A DNA stretch of 64,000 nucleotides, from the NCBI RefSeq assembly GCF_006345805.1, contig NC_043020.1, positions 8,680,001 to 8,744,000 on the forward strand. The letters are read 5' to 3'. The translations under genes and the position numbers were made by a program. Source of the stretch: Octopus sinensis. Taxonomy: Eukaryota. How positions within the stretch are numbered: the stretch's first letter is position 1; each line of letters begins with the position of its first letter. This document shows positions 62,450 to 64,000 of the stretch, in pieces. The notes under the pieces were generated by a model. It had not been told where the DNA came from. It did no database searches and saw only the letters and a list, made by a program, of their open reading frames with translations.

Positions 62450-62779
62450 ATATATATATTATATATATATATATATATACACAACAGGCTCCTCTCAGTT
62501 TCCATCTATAAAATCCATTCACATGGCTTTGGTTTCTCAGGTGTTATAGTAGAAGACACTTGCCAAAGATGCCATACGGTGGGATTGAATCCATGTGGTT
62601 AGGAGCAGAAATTCTTGACCACCCATCCATACCTAAGCCTATAACTGCATTTAAAAATCGAATTCTTTGCCCTGAGGTATCAACCACTCTTGGCCATTGC
62701 AAGCCCACAGATCACCATCTCAAGCTTTTCTGGTGCCAACCTTTAGATATACACAATCTTCAAAATTCTTTCAATTCTC

Positions 62780-63162
62780 TGTGTGGTAAGTAGCTTGCTT
62801 ACTAACCACATGGTTCCAGGTTCAGTCCCACTGCGTGGCACCTTGGGCAAGTGTCTTCTACTATAGCCTCGGGCCAACCAAAGCCTTGTGAGTGGATTTG
62901 GTAGACGGAAACTGAAAGAAGCCCGTCATATATATATATGCATGTGTGTGTTTGTGTGTCTGTGTTTGTCCCCCTAGCATTGCTTGACAACCGATGCTGG
63001 TGTGTTTATGTCCCCGTTACTTAATGGTTCGGCAAAAGAGAATAAGTGCAGGGCTTACAAAAGAATAAGTCCCGGGGTCGAGTTGCTCGATTAAAGGCGG
63101 TGCTCCAGCATGGCCGCAGTCAAATGACTGAAACAAGTAAAAGAGAAAAGAGAAAGAGAGAG
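62780..63162 (+). mobile_element. SINE family A
   Basis: Sequence identity to the family. Confidence 0.82.
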
Positions 63163-63751
63163 TTCTTAATATTCTCATAGACTCATGCTCACCATATTAT
63201 CTTGAGAGATTGTTCTGGTACCCCATCGTGATCATCTTTGTCTTCTTCCTACTTGTTCCCACCCAGTTACATTATGTGGGGGTGGCCATGTATCTCCTCT
63301 TATAGTAAGACATCTGTGCCTGTCCCTCTATCACACTTTAGCCTCTCAACACCCAGCACAAAGCCACTGCCCTCTCTACTACACCACCCCATCAACTGAC
63401 GGTCTTTCTTTGTCTTTCTAGCTACTCCCATCCAACACATGTAACACAGGGTGGCCATGTAACTCCTCTTATAGTAAGACACCTCTGCCTAAACCCCCAA
63501 TCATACTTTAGCCTCTACACCTAGCATAAACCTACTTCCTCCTCCCTCCACACACAGTTGTGAGGGCATTTTCCTGTCCTTTTTCTGTCTTACAAGTTAC
63601 TTGGTGACTTCACTGGTGCTGGTGGCTAAAAAAAAAATGCATTCACCACACACTGAAGGGGTCGGCATTAGGAAGGACATCCAGGCAGAGAAACCATCCA
63701 AAGCTGATCTTGGGGGGGCTCAGCACAGCAAAGACCTACCGGATCTTCACA

Positions 63752-63987
63752 AACCTATTTCTTTATTACCCACAAGGGGCTAAACACAGAGCGGACAAAC
63801 AAGGACAGACATAGGTATTAAGTCGATTCCATCGACCTCAGTGCGTAACTGGTACTTAATTTATCGACCCCGAAAGGATGAAAGGCAAAGTCGACCTCGG
63901 AGGAATTTGAACTCACAACGTAACGGCAGACAAAATACCGCTAAGCATTTCGCCCGGCGTGCTAACGTTTCTGCCAGCTCGCCGCCT
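63752..63987 (-). mobile_element. SINE family B
   Basis: Full copy. Confidence 0.8.
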
Positions 63988-64000
63988 TCTTGCATCTTCA

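Noticed and set aside
63281-63530. ~170-bp diverged direct duplication
   Set aside because: Appears to be an ordinary local duplication within old repeat sequence.
312-63783. Recurring short ORFs such as MTTDAGVF..., YIRQASFSFRLPNPLTR... and MFIERKHLK...
   Set aside because: Translations of SINE copies, not a gene family.

Overview
Eukaryotic, AT-rich, repeat-dense genomic DNA; the SINE, MITE and microsatellite content suggests an octopus (coleoid cephalopod), which is an inference. Two spliced genes converge tail-to-tail. On the + strand are the last 7 coding exons of a TBC1D30-like Rab-GAP (1381-14462, 897 codons including stop, consistent GT-AG phases; 5' exons lie before the window). On the - strand are 17 phase-consistent coding exons (57245 down to 29605, about 747 codons) of a PARP2-like enzyme with architecture WWE-WWE-linker-WGR-PARP_reg-catalytic. 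Its H-Y-E triad is intact, its D-loop reads GDM instead of GYM, its terminal exon is tandemly duplicated, and its start exon was not found. Introns and the intergenic gap hold at least 4 SINE-like families, non-autonomous Helitrons, TTAA piggyBac-type MITEs, mariner MITEs, LINE remnants and minisatellites. The most notable non-coding signal is a set of minimal type I hammerhead ribozyme motifs from at least three sequence families. One family appears to be a Penelope-like terminal repeat carrying a tRNA-derived Pol III head upstream of the ribozyme. Many strong inverted repeats also bracket PARP exons. Most ORFs in the supplied track are repeat or microsatellite artefacts. All calls were made by eye; repeat boundaries are approximate.
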